Made by a program: the position numbers and the translations under genes
In this document: positions 29,085-38,209 of the stretch, piece after piece
How positions within the stretch are numbered: the stretch's first letter is position 1
Layout of the letters: the number at the start of each line of letters is the position of its first letter
Notes under the pieces: model-generated
The model's database searches: none
What the model saw: only the letters and a program-made list of their open reading frames with translations
What the model was told of the DNA's origin: nothing
Assembly (NCBI GenBank): GCA_963788655.1
Contig: CAWBHS010000022.1
Coordinates: 96,001-160,000 of the forward strand
Direction of reading: 5' to 3'
DNA length: 64,000 nt
Source of the DNA: an uncultured Verrucomicrobiae bacterium
GTDB taxonomy: Bacteria > Verrucomicrobiota > Verrucomicrobiia > Limisphaerales > JAFGQR01

Positions 29085-29121
29085 GATCCCAAGCGCCACC
29101 GCCACAACCGAGAAAGAATAC

Positions 29122-30690
29122 ATGAAAAAGAATCGAGTCTATTTCTTCGACACCACGCTTCGCGATGGCGAGCAATGCCCCGGCGCGGCCATGAACTTGC
29201 GCGAAAAAATGCAGGTGGCCCGGCAATTGGCCCAGCTCGGCGTGGACATCATCGAGGCCGGCTTCCCCATCACCAGCGAGGGCGACTTTGCCGCCGTCCA
29301 GCAAATTGCCCGGGAGATCAAAGGACCGGTGATCTGCGGACTGGCGCGCTGCGTGTCCAAGGACATTGACACCGCCGCCGCGGCCGTGAAACCAGCCGGC
29401 AAACGGGGCCGCATTCATGTGTTCCTCGGCACGTCCAAAATCCATCGCGAGTTCAAATTGGGCAAAGCCCAGAACGAGATCTTGCGGCTCGCCGTGGAAG
29501 GCGTCAAACGCGCCAAGTCCTACGTGGATAATGTCGAGTTTTCACCCGAGGACGCCTCCCGAACTGAATTGGATTTCCTGGTCAAGATCGTCGAAGCCGC
29601 CATCGCCGCCGGCGCCACGACCATCAACATGCCGGACACGGTGGGCTATGCTACACCCTCTGAGTATGGCCAGATGTTCAAGCATGTGGTCGAAAACGCC
29701 CGGGGGGCGGACAAGGCCATCTTCAGCGCCCATTGCCACGACGACCTCGGGTTGGCGGTGGCCAACTCCCTTGCCGCCGTGCAACACGGCGCGCGCCAGG
29801 TCGAGTGTACGATCAATGGCATCGGTGAGCGGGCCGGCAATGCCGCCCTCGAGGAAATCGCGATGGGACTCAAAACGCGCGGCAGTTTCTATGGTGGACT
29901 TCAGACGGGCATTCGCGCCGACGAAATCGTCAGAACCTCGCGCTTGGTTTCCCGCATGACCAGTTTCATCGTCCAACGCAACAAAGCGATTGTCGGGGAG
30001 AACGCGTTTTCGCACAGCTCGGGCATCCACCAGGATGGCATTTTGAAGAAGCGCGAAACCTACGAAATCATGGATCCCGAAGACGTGGGCTGGGGCAAAA
30101 CCGAGTTGCCATTGACCAAACATAGCGGGCGGCACGCTGTGGCCGTGCGGCTCAAACAGCTTGGTCTCAAAATGTCCGAAACCGACCTCAACACCATCTT
30201 CGCCCAGGTCAAAGAGATTGGGGACAAGAAGAAGTTTGTTTATGACGACGACTTGGCGACCCTTGTTGAAGGGCACATTACGGAAGTGCCGGAGACTTGG
30301 TCATTGGACTACTTGAATGTCACGAGCGGCAACCACACCGTCCCTACGGCTACCGTGCGCATGGCCAAGGCCGGCGGTAAGAAGTCGGCAGCCGAGATGC
30401 ATCAAGACGCGGGGATTGGCGATGGGCCCGTGGATGCCGCGCTCAAAGCCATCGATCGCATCACCAAAATCCGCGGTCGGTTAATGGACTATTCCCTTCG
30501 CGCCGTTTCGCAAGGCAAAGATGCTTTGGGCGAAGTGACCATCCAGGCGGACTTCGGCCAAGGTAAACTGGTGGCCGGCAAAGGCGCCAGTACCGATGTA
30601 ATCGAAGCCAGCGCCCGCGCCTACTTGAACGCGGTGAACCGCTTCCTCAACGAACACCAGCCCAAGAAGCGGAAGCCCGTACAGCCGTAG
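29122..30690 (+). CDS. leuA: 2-isopropylmalate synthase
   Basis: [55 protein letters not shown] and the C-terminal regulatory domain (GDGPVDA). Confidence 0.97.
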   Translation: MKKNRVYFFDTTLRDGEQCPGAAMNLREKMQVARQLAQLGVDIIEAGFPITSEGDFAAVQQIAREIKGPVICGLARCVSKDIDTAAAAVKPAGKRGRIHVFLGTSKIHREFKLGKAQNEILRLAVEGVKRAKSYVDNVEFSPEDASRTELDFLVKIVEAAIAAGATTINMPDTVGYATPSEYGQMFKHVVENARGADKAIFSAHCHDDLGLAVANSLAAVQHGARQVECTINGIGERAGNAALEEIAMGLKTRGSFYGGLQTGIRADEIVRTSRLVSRMTSFIVQRNKAIVGENAFSHSSGIHQDGILKKRETYEIMDPEDVGWGKTELPLTKHSGRHAVAVRLKQLGLKMSETDLNTIFAQVKEIGDKKKFVYDDDLATLVEGHITEVPETWSLDYLNVTSGNHTVPTATVRMAKAGGKKSAAEMHQDAGIGDGPVDAALKAIDRITKIRGRLMDYSLRAVSQGKDALGEVTIQADFGQGKLVAGKGASTDVIEASARAYLNAVNRFLNEHQPKKRKPVQP

Positions 30691-30709
30691 CCCCGGCCAA
30701 CACTCATGG

Positions 30710-30850
30710 GTGGGACAGGCGCCCCGCCTGTCCACCGGCGCGCCCCGCGCCGGTCAGTGAATGGCGCCCGGTTCTCGACCATTCCAACGCCTGGCGACTT
30801 CGGAGTCAACGGCGAGGCGCCGTTGACTGCGCCCGAGGCGGGCGCACTCC
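30710..30850. repeat. Composite REP-like repeat region downstream of leuA
   Basis: GTGGGACAGGCGCCCCGCCTGTC (30710-30732, related to the 49060 family) plus a double-hairpin copy at 30805-30850. The flank CCAACGCCTGGCG is shared with 27167. Confidence 0.8.
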
Positions 30851-31007
30851 CCGATGGCTGCCCGCGGCTCTATGCCCGTTCGGTTCTCCGCCCGGATGGG
30901 ATGTGCGCGCGGTCCTCCGCCGCTTTTGAATTGCACGTCCGAGCTGGTACAGCTCTCTCCAATCCAGGGGCGCCTGTCCGCATTTCGCCAGCCCGGCAAC
31001 CGCTCCC

Positions 31008-31036
31008 TTGCCAATGGCCCTCCGCCGAAGTAACTT
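31008..31036 (+). promoter_or_regulatory. Candidate sigma70 promoter of ctpA
   Basis: TTGCCA-17 nt-TAACTT, 23 nt before ATG 31060. Confidence 0.45.
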
Positions 31037-31059
31037 GCCCGCGAATTGTTGTCATTTTT

Positions 31060-32403
31060 ATGAAACGTCGGTTCCTATACAGCATGCTCATTGCTGCGCT
31101 CGGGCTGAATCTTCTGGTCGGCGCACAAATCTATTTTTCGTCCGCCCAAGGGGCCAGCCGGGATGAGCCCTATCCCAATCTGAAGCTGTTCACCACGGTC
31201 CTGGACCGGGTGCGCCAGGATTATGTGGACGGCGACAAACTGACCTACCAGGATCTGATTCATGGTGCGCTCAAGGGCATGCTGAACTCGCTGGATCCCC
31301 ACAGCGAATTCATGGAGCCCATGAAATATGACGAGCTGAAGAAAGACACCCAGGGCGAATTCGGCGGCGTGGGTATCGTGATTTCCATGAAGGACAACTA
31401 CCTTACGGTCGTCGCCCCGATGGAAGACACGCCTGGTTTCAAGGCGGGCATTCTCAGTGGTGATCGCATCATCAAAATTGACGGCAAAAGCACGGAAAAG
31501 CTCTCGTTGCAGGACGCAGTCCAGTGGCTCCGGGGCGCCCCGGGGAGCGAGGTAAGGATGACCATTTTCCGCCCCATCAGCGGCAAGGTGCGGGAGTTTA
31601 AAATCACCCGGGCCCAGATCAAAATTGACACCGTCAAGGACATCAATGGGCGGCGCGAATTCCCCTTGGGCGAGGACAAAATCGGCTACGTTCGCCTGGT
31701 GCAATTCGGCGAACAAACTGCGGAAGATCTCGAGGACGCGCTCAAGAAACTCGATACGCAGGGCATGCAATCGCTGATTTTGGATTTGCGCGACAATCCG
31801 GGCGGTTTGCTCGATACGGCCGTCAAGGTCTGCGACAAGTTCCTGCCCAACGAACAATTGGTCGTCACCACCGAAGGCCGCGAAGGCCATCCCAAGTCGG
31901 AATACTACGCCAATTCGCACAATAAACATCTCAACTTGCCCATGGTCATTCTGGTTAACGGTGGCAGCGCAAGCGCCTCTGAAATCGTGGCGGGCTGCCT
32001 CCAGGACACCACCATTCGCGGAGTGAGCCGGGCCGTGATCCTCGGGGAACAAACCTTTGGCAAAGGTTCGGTCCAAAGCATCCTGCCGTTGCCCGATGGG
32101 TCGGCGCTTCGCCTGACCACGGCCAAGTATTACACGCCCAGCCACAAGGTCATTCACGAGCACGGTATTACTCCGGACATCCCCGTACCCATGTCGGATG
32201 AGGAAATGCGCGACGTGTTGTTGAAGCGCATGCCGGGAGGCCTTGAGCGACTTGAACCGGCGGACCAGGAGCGGGTGCGCAACGCGCGCGATCGCCAGCT
32301 TGATCGCGCGATGGATCTGCTCAAGGGCATCCGCCTCTACACCCAGGATTTGCCGCAACTCCGGAATGCGCCGGCCAAAACTGAGAAGATCGCCGCCAAA
32401 TAA
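31060..32403 (+). CDS. ctpA: S41-family carboxyl-terminal processing protease (PDZ + peptidase)
   Basis: Signal/TM segment MKRRFLYSMLIAALGLNLLVGA, LDPHS, FGGVGI, LDLRDNPGGLL, SASASEI, TFGKGSVQ and TTAKYYTP. Confidence 0.93.
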   Translation: MKRRFLYSMLIAALGLNLLVGAQIYFSSAQGASRDEPYPNLKLFTTVLDRVRQDYVDGDKLTYQDLIHGALKGMLNSLDPHSEFMEPMKYDELKKDTQGEFGGVGIVISMKDNYLTVVAPMEDTPGFKAGILSGDRIIKIDGKSTEKLSLQDAVQWLRGAPGSEVRMTIFRPISGKVREFKITRAQIKIDTVKDINGRREFPLGEDKIGYVRLVQFGEQTAEDLEDALKKLDTQGMQSLILDLRDNPGGLLDTAVKVCDKFLPNEQLVVTTEGREGHPKSEYYANSHNKHLNLPMVILVNGGSASASEIVAGCLQDTTIRGVSRAVILGEQTFGKGSVQSILPLPDGSALRLTTAKYYTPSHKVIHEHGITPDIPVPMSDEEMRDVLLKRMPGGLERLEPADQERVRNARDRQLDRAMDLLKGIRLYTQDLPQLRNAPAKTEKIAAK

Positions 32404-32529
32404 TTGCCAGGCTGAACGGGGCGAGACTTCATCGCTCTCGTCGCGAGCGTGGGGCCTTTGCCGGGAAGCCTTTTCGAGCAATGGTTGGGATAGAGTTCGA
32501 GGCTCTTACTTAGGGGACAAGCACCAACC

Positions 32530-33555
32530 ATGACCCTGCTCGCCGTTGAAACATCCTGCGACGAAACCAGTGTCGCCATCATTCGCGACGGGCGGGTATT
32601 GGCCAATATTGTCTCCTCGCAAATCCGTCTCCATTCGGAATATGGCGGGGTGGTTCCCGAATTGGCCACGCGCGAACACTTGCGGAACTGGCTGCCCGTG
32701 GCCCGCACTGCCTTGCGCGAGGCGGCAGTCCAGGTAATGGAGATCGACGCCGTCGCCGCGACGCAGGGACCGGGCTTGCCGAATGCGTTGCTCATCGGTT
32801 TCCAAGCCGCCCAAGCCCTGGCGTTCGCGCTCAATAAACCGTTTGTTGGCGTTCATCACCACGAAGCCCATTTGTATTCGCCGTGGATTGCCGGCGACCC
32901 TCCGGCCGCGAACTTCGGCGCCTTCCAACCCAACGTTTCGCTGATTGTCAGCGGCGGGCACACCATGCTGGTTCACGTCCGGGCTGAACTGGAGCACCAT
33001 CTCCTCGGCGCTACGCTGGATGACGCGGCGGGTGAATGCTTTGACAAGACCGCCAAACTTATTGGATTGCCCTATCCCGGCGGACCGGAGATGGACCGTC
33101 TGGCTGAAGCCGGCAATCCGGCAACGTTCAATTTCCCTCGTCCGCTGCTGACCGAGGCCAACGACGATTTCAGTTTCTCGGGCTTGAAGACTTCCGTGCG
33201 TTACTTTCTGCAAAAGCGTCCCGAACTGCTGAACGATCCGCAGGCGTTGCGGGATCTCTGTGCCAGTGTGCAAGCGGCCATTGTCGAAGTGTTGGTCACC
33301 AAAACCATTCAGGCCGCCCGCCGGTTGGGAGTGGAGTGCGTCACCGCTTCCGGCGGCGTCACCTGCAATCGCACCTTGCGTCGCGACCTGGCCGCCGCCT
33401 GCAAAAGAAACAACCTGATCCTGCGACTGGCCGAGCGTACCCTCTGCACCGACAACGCCGCGATGATCGGCATTTTAGCGGAACGCAAATTGCGGCAACA
33501 AAAGCAGGAAACACTGCTGGACGCCGAAATTGCGCCCAACTGGGCCCTGAGATAA
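32530..33555 (+). CDS. tsaD: tRNA N6-adenosine threonylcarbamoyltransferase
   Basis: ETSCDET, GGVVPELA, GPGL, HHHEAH, VSGGHT, DDAAGECFDK, FSFSGLKT and CTDNAAMIG. Confidence 0.97.
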   Translation: MTLLAVETSCDETSVAIIRDGRVLANIVSSQIRLHSEYGGVVPELATREHLRNWLPVARTALREAAVQVMEIDAVAATQGPGLPNALLIGFQAAQALAFALNKPFVGVHHHEAHLYSPWIAGDPPAANFGAFQPNVSLIVSGGHTMLVHVRAELEHHLLGATLDDAAGECFDKTAKLIGLPYPGGPEMDRLAEAGNPATFNFPRPLLTEANDDFSFSGLKTSVRYFLQKRPELLNDPQALRDLCASVQAAIVEVLVTKTIQAARRLGVECVTASGGVTCNRTLRRDLAAACKRNNLILRLAERTLCTDNAAMIGILAERKLRQQKQETLLDAEIAPNWALR

Positions 33556-33694
33556 TGACCATTGACCAATAACCAATGACCACAGAAGGACCAGTTTCCA
33601 ATGACCAGTCAGCCAGTCGCAGGCGGCCGGAACCTGGATTGGAGCTTGGAGATTTGGTCATTCTTTGGGTATTGGGTATTGGTCAATGGTCATT
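33554..33694. repeat. Inverted heptamer tandem arrays (AATGACC)n ... (GGTCATT)n
   Basis: AATGACC ATTGACC AATAACC AATGACC (33554-33581) and GGGTATT GGGTATT GGTCAAT GGTCATT (33667-33694). Confidence 0.85.
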
Positions 33695-33772
33695 CCTCGT
33701 TTTGATCGCTGCGCCTTGAACTGGCCACAACCTGAGGGGCGTCAGGAACAAGTGGCTGGCGCTTGCCCCCGG

Positions 33773-33858
33773 GTCAACGGCGAAACGCCGTTAACCGCGC
33801 TCAAGACGGGCGCGCTCCCTATTCATCCGGCATCCGGAATCAAGCATCCGGCATCGAA
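33773..33858. repeat. Degenerate double-hairpin REP copy followed by a (CATCCGG)x5 heptamer array
   Basis: GTCAACGGCGAAACGCCGTTAAC...GGGCGCGCTCC (33773-33818), then CATCCGG CATCCGG AATCAAG CATCCGG CATCGAA (33824-33858). Confidence 0.75.
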
Positions 33859-33864
33859 ACATAT

Positions 33865-33895
33865 TGTTGACATATCAACAGTTGCCAGCTAGACG
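33865..33895 (+). promoter_or_regulatory. Candidate MarR operator overlapping the -35 element
   Basis: The perfect inverted repeat TGTTGA-CATA-TCAACA (33865-33880) contains TTGACA, and TAGACG lies 17 nt downstream of that -35. Confidence 0.6.
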
Positions 33896-33902
33896 TAACG
33901 GC

Positions 33903-34394
33903 GTGAAACCGAAACCGGTTCAACCCGGGCCGCGGTACGCGACGTTGATTCAACTGTTGCGCACGGCCGACACGCTCTGGAACGCCAGCCGGAGCCTGTT
34001 CGCGCATTGGGAGCTTAGTCCCAGCCAATTCAATGTGCTCAATCTCCTGAACGACCAGCCGGCGGGTCTGACCCAAACCGAACTGAGCCGCCATTTGCTC
34101 ATGCACCGATCGAACCTCACCGGAATGGTGGATCGATTGGAGCAGCGCGGTTTGGTCATTCGTCGGGACAATCCCGGCGACCGCCGTACTTACTGCGTGC
34201 AACTCACGCACGCGGGTCAGCAAATCATGGGGGAGGTGCTGCCCTTTTATTACCAGGCGGCGGAAGCAGTCTGGGGCCATCTGCCCATCAAACGTGCCCG
34301 ACAATTGGTGGGCGAACTGGCCACTGTATGCGCCAACGCTGAGCGCGCCGCGGCGGGCGCTGAGGGCTTGAAACCGCCCCCGCTTCGAAGCTAG
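33903..34394 (+). CDS. MarR-family transcriptional regulator
   Basis: LSPSQFNVL, LTQTELS, RSNLTGMVDRLEQRGLV and DRRTYCVQLTHAG. GTG start at 33903; the track start at 33864 lies inside the operator. Confidence 0.93.
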   Translation: MKPKPVQPGPRYATLIQLLRTADTLWNASRSLFAHWELSPSQFNVLNLLNDQPAGLTQTELSRHLLMHRSNLTGMVDRLEQRGLVIRRDNPGDRRTYCVQLTHAGQQIMGEVLPFYYQAAEAVWGHLPIKRARQLVGELATVCANAERAAAGAEGLKPPPLRS

Positions 34395-34411
34395 AACCGA
34401 CTCACCAGTTT

Positions 34412-35851
34412 ATGAGTTCTCAGTCCCCCAACGCGAATGCCGCCAGGTCGCCGGCCCCGTCTCAGTCGCCGGCGTTACCCGGGGCACGGCCCGCGTTGAT
34501 CTTGCTGCTGCTGATCAACCTGTTCAATTACCTGGACCGCCAGGTGCTGGCCGCGGTGGTACCCAATATCAAACAAAGCTTTTTTGGCGCGCCGGGCCAA
34601 CCGGGCGGCCTGGCGGAAACCAGCCCCGCGTTGCAGACGATGTTGGACTGGTGCCAACTGCACTTGGGATTCAAGCCGGAGAACGCGCTGATCGGGGTAT
34701 TGTCCATGGCGTTCATGGTGGTGTACATGATTGGCGCCCCAGTCTTTGGGCGACTGGCCGAACGCTGGTCGCGCTGGCTGCTGGTGGGCGTGGGGGTGAT
34801 TCTCTGGAGCCTGGCCAGCGGCGCGTCGGGTCTGGCGGCCACGTTCGGTCTCTTGCTATTGACGCGCTGTTTCGTCGGGATCGGCGAAGCGGCTTATGGG
34901 CCGGTGGCACCAGCGGTGATTTCCGATTTCTATCCGGTGAAAGTCCGCGGGCAGGTGCTGGCTTGGTTTTACATGGCAATCCCGGTCGGCAGCGCGCTCG
35001 GGTATGTAGTCGGCGAGCAGGTCGCCAAATCGTCGATTGGCCAGTGGGGCGCGAGCTGGCTGGGATTGCAATCGGAGAGCTGGCGTTGGGCGTTTTATCT
35101 GGTCGTGCCGCCAGGGATTCTGTTGGGATTGTGGTCGCTGTTCATGCGCGAACCGGCCCGGGGGCAGACCGACCTGCAACAACCGGCGCCGGCTGCCAAA
35201 GTGCGCTGGGCTGATTACCTGATCCTGTTCCGCACTCCGTCCTACGTTCTGTGTACGCTCGGCATGTGCGGCATGACGTTTGCCATGGGCGGCATCGGCT
35301 TTTGGATGCCGTATTACCTGGAGAACCGGCCTGGAGCCAGCGGGTCGCCCACCACCCTCTTCGGGGCCATCGTGGTGGTGGCTGGATTAACTGCCACGTT
35401 GCTGGGTGGCTTCGCCGGCGACAAGCTGCGGTCCCGTTTTCCCGGCTCGTATTTCCTCGTTTCCGGCGCGGCGATGCTCACCGGTTTTCCGCTGTTCCTG
35501 CTGGTGTTGAAAGCACCGTTTCCCTGGATCTGGCTGTTCGTTTTCCTGGCGGTCTTTTGCCTGTTTTTCAATACCGGTCCCACCAATACGATCCTCGCGA
35601 ACGTCACCCATCCGGCCATGCGCACCGCGGGCTTCGCCTTGAACATTCTGATCATCCATTCGCTGGGCGATGTAATTTCGCCGGTCATCATCGGCATCCT
35701 CAGCGACAAGTACAACATGAACGTGGCCTTCTTTGTAGTCGGCCTGATGTTCCTGGCCAGCGGCATCCTGTGGCTGTGCGGCGCGCGGTTCCTGGCACGG
35801 GACACGGAACTCGCGCCCACGCGACTCAACTCAGCGAAACACTCCTTATGA
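34412..35851 (+). CDS. Spinster (Spns)-type MFS transporter
   Basis: About 12 hydrophobic segments, with INLFNYLDR, APVFG, LLLLTRCFVGIGEA, FYMAIPVGSALGY, WRWAF and HSLGDVISPVIIGILSD. Confidence 0.9.
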   Translation: MSSQSPNANAARSPAPSQSPALPGARPALILLLLINLFNYLDRQVLAAVVPNIKQSFFGAPGQPGGLAETSPALQTMLDWCQLHLGFKPENALIGVLSMAFMVVYMIGAPVFGRLAERWSRWLLVGVGVILWSLASGASGLAATFGLLLLTRCFVGIGEAAYGPVAPAVISDFYPVKVRGQVLAWFYMAIPVGSALGYVVGEQVAKSSIGQWGASWLGLQSESWRWAFYLVVPPGILLGLWSLFMREPARGQTDLQQPAPAAKVRWADYLILFRTPSYVLCTLGMCGMTFAMGGIGFWMPYYLENRPGASGSPTTLFGAIVVVAGLTATLLGGFAGDKLRSRFPGSYFLVSGAAMLTGFPLFLLVLKAPFPWIWLFVFLAVFCLFFNTGPTNTILANVTHPAMRTAGFALNILIIHSLGDVISPVIIGILSDKYNMNVAFFVVGLMFLASGILWLCGARFLARDTELAPTRLNSAKHSL

Positions 35852-38016
35852 CTTGGTTGCTCCGACTCCTCGTTCGTCTGCTTTTCCGGTTCCGCGCCTT
35901 CAATACCGAAGTGCTGAACACGCCCGGACCGGTGCTGCTGCTGCCCAATCATGTTTCGTGGATTGACTGGTTGTTCCTTGGTGTTTGCCTCGAAGACGAT
36001 TGGCGGTTCGTGACCTCGATGGAAATGGTGCAGAAAGGCCATCGCTGGATGCGGACAATCATCGACAACCGGCGCACGTTTCCAGTCGATACGATGTCCC
36101 CATACACGGTGCGGCGCCTGGCCGAATACCTGCAAAAAGGCGGCCGGTTGGTGTTGTTTGCCGAAGGCCGATTGTCGCGGACCGGCACGCTAATGAAACT
36201 GTTCGATGGCACCGGATTTCTGCTGCACAAAACCGGCGCCAAGGTCATCACCGCCTACCTGCGTGGCGCCCAACGATTGCCCTTGTCACCCAATCGCGAA
36301 CGGAAGCAATGGTTCCCGCGCGTTACGGCCCATTTCGGCGCGCTCCAGACACCGCCGCGCGTGGAACATCTCAGCACGGCCAAAACCCGCGCCGTGTTGA
36401 CCACCTGGCTCCGCGATCAACTGGTGCGCCAGCAGTTCGAAGTCGAAATGCAGTTGGGCCCCGCCACCGTGCCGGAAGCCATCGTGGCCACCGCCGCGCG
36501 CCTGCCCGGATTCAACATCATGGAAGATGTGACCGGCAAACTGTCTTATCGCCAGTTGCTGGTCGGCGCGGATTTGCTGGCACGCCAATGGGAGAAACTG
36601 CTACCGGCCGCCAACCGTGTGGCCACCGCCGCGCAGCCGGAACGGGTCGGCGTGCTCCTGCCGAATGTCAGCGGGATGCCGACATCGTTGCTCAGTTTGT
36701 GGCTGGCCGGCAAGGTGCCGGCGATTCTGAATTACTCGACCGGCATGAACACCATGCTGGCGTGCGCCCAACTGGCCGGCTTGAAGCACATCATTACTTC
36801 GCGCGGCTTCCTGGAGCGCGCTCGGATTCCCAGCGAACCATTCACGCAAGCCGGCATTGAGTTGCTCTTCGTCGAGGACGTGCGCCCGCGGATTTCCGGT
36901 ACTGCAAAACTCGCGGCACTATTGCGGGTGTCATTCAATCCACATTCGGTTCTCCGGCGCGGTTCGTCGGGCGAAACCGCCGCCGTGATCCTGTTCACCA
37001 GCGGTTCGGAAGGCGTGCCGAAAGGCGTCGAGCTGACTCATACCAACCTGCTGGCCAACATCCGGCAGGTGCTGGCGACGGCGGATCTGCAAGACACCGA
37101 CCGCGTGTTCAATGCGCTGCCATTGTTCCATAGCTTTGGCCTGACGGTGGGCATGTTGCTGGGATTGGTGCGCGGGCTTTATGTGTTTCTCTACATTTCG
37201 CCGTTGCACTACCGCGTGGTGCCCACGGTGTTTTACGACCGCGACTGCACCATTTTGCTGGGGACCAATACGTTTCTGAACGGTTATGCGCGCAAGGCCC
37301 ACACTTATGATTTTCGTAGTTTGCGCTACCTGTTTGCGGGCGCGGAAAAGCTTCAGGACAACACGGCCAAGGTGTGGGCCCAGCGTTTTGGCGTGCGCGT
37401 GCTCGAAGGTTACGGCGCCACCGAGTGCAGTCCTTGCATCAGCGTGTGTACGCCGCTGCAACCGCAGCACGGTTCGGCGGGCCGTTTCCTGCCCGGCCTT
37501 GACCATCGGCTCGAACCGGTCGAAGGCGTCGATAACGGCGGCCGGCTGTTCGTGCGCGGACCAAACGTCATGCGCGGCTATCTGAATCCGGAAGCCAATG
37601 CGCAGTTTCAAGCGCTGGATGGCTGGTATGACACCGGCGACATTGCGTCGGTGGACGAGGCCGGATTTGTTCACATTCTGGGCCGCCTGAAACGCTTCGC
37701 CAAAATCAGCGGCGAAATGGTGAGCCTGACGGCCGTTGAGGATGCCTTGGCCGGCACGTTTCCGCATTACGGTTTGCGCTGCCAAGTGGCCATCGTCAGT
37801 CGGCCGGACAGTGACAAAGGCGAAGTGCTGGTGGCAGTAACCAACGAATCCAAACTTCAGCTCGACGAAATTCGCGCTGCGCTCCGCGCCAAAGGACTGC
37901 CCAACTTGTGCGCGCCACGCGAACTCAAGCTCGTCAAAGAAATCCCGAAGTTGGGCACCGGCAAAGTCAATCACCGCGAACTGGCAAACGTCTTGAAGTC
38001 CCAAGCAGCGACGTAG
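35848..38016 (+). CDS. aas: Bifunctional 2-acylglycerophosphoethanolamine acyltransferase / acyl-ACP synthetase (722 aa)
   Basis: PlsC motifs NHVSWID and FAEG, adenylation motifs LFTSGSEGVPKG, EGYGATE, YDTGD and GRLKRFAKISGEMVSL. ATGA overlap with the MFS stop. Confidence 0.92.
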   Translation: MTWLLRLLVRLLFRFRAFNTEVLNTPGPVLLLPNHVSWIDWLFLGVCLEDDWRFVTSMEMVQKGHRWMRTIIDNRRTFPVDTMSPYTVRRLAEYLQKGGRLVLFAEGRLSRTGTLMKLFDGTGFLLHKTGAKVITAYLRGAQRLPLSPNRERKQWFPRVTAHFGALQTPPRVEHLSTAKTRAVLTTWLRDQLVRQQFEVEMQLGPATVPEAIVATAARLPGFNIMEDVTGKLSYRQLLVGADLLARQWEKLLPAANRVATAAQPERVGVLLPNVSGMPTSLLSLWLAGKVPAILNYSTGMNTMLACAQLAGLKHIITSRGFLERARIPSEPFTQAGIELLFVEDVRPRISGTAKLAALLRVSFNPHSVLRRGSSGETAAVILFTSGSEGVPKGVELTHTNLLANIRQVLATADLQDTDRVFNALPLFHSFGLTVGMLLGLVRGLYVFLYISPLHYRVVPTVFYDRDCTILLGTNTFLNGYARKAHTYDFRSLRYLFAGAEKLQDNTAKVWAQRFGVRVLEGYGATECSPCISVCTPLQPQHGSAGRFLPGLDHRLEPVEGVDNGGRLFVRGPNVMRGYLNPEANAQFQALDGWYDTGDIASVDEAGFVHILGRLKRFAKISGEMVSLTAVEDALAGTFPHYGLRCQVAIVSRPDSDKGEVLVAVTNESKLQLDEIRAALRAKGLPNLCAPRELKLVKEIPKLGTGKVNHRELANVLKSQAAT

Positions 38017-38062
38017 AAGTATGGACGCGAAAATGAGCGCCAGGTCGAACACTGCGAAACTG

Positions 38063-38168
38063 AAAGCGGGAGCAAGCTCCACGCACTCCCAACGCTGGCG
38101 CGCAATTCGGAAAGACCAGGCAGAACGTCGCGTCAACGTTTGGAGTGCGTCCGGCTTGCCGGCGCTTT
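38063..38168. repeat. REP-like GGAG-type palindrome pair
   Basis: AAAGCGGGAGCAAGCTCCACGCACTCC (38063-38089) and GGAGTGCGTCCGGCTTGCCGGCGCTTT (from 38142) are imperfect inverted copies. Confidence 0.65.
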
Positions 38169-38209
38169 TGAACGGAGCGTGAAACAGGGATAAGGAACAA
38201 GAATCGCTT

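Noticed and set aside
30706..31059. 118-aa N-terminal extension of the S41 protease ORF
   Set aside because: It consists of REP-like repeats and the predicted promoter; the signal peptide starts at 31060.
35251..35847. N-terminal extension of the 921-aa ORF, suggesting an MFS-Aas fusion
   Set aside because: It overlaps the MFS gene out of frame. Aas starts at 35848 with a normal ATGA overlap and has typical stand-alone length, although a hidden indel cannot be fully excluded.
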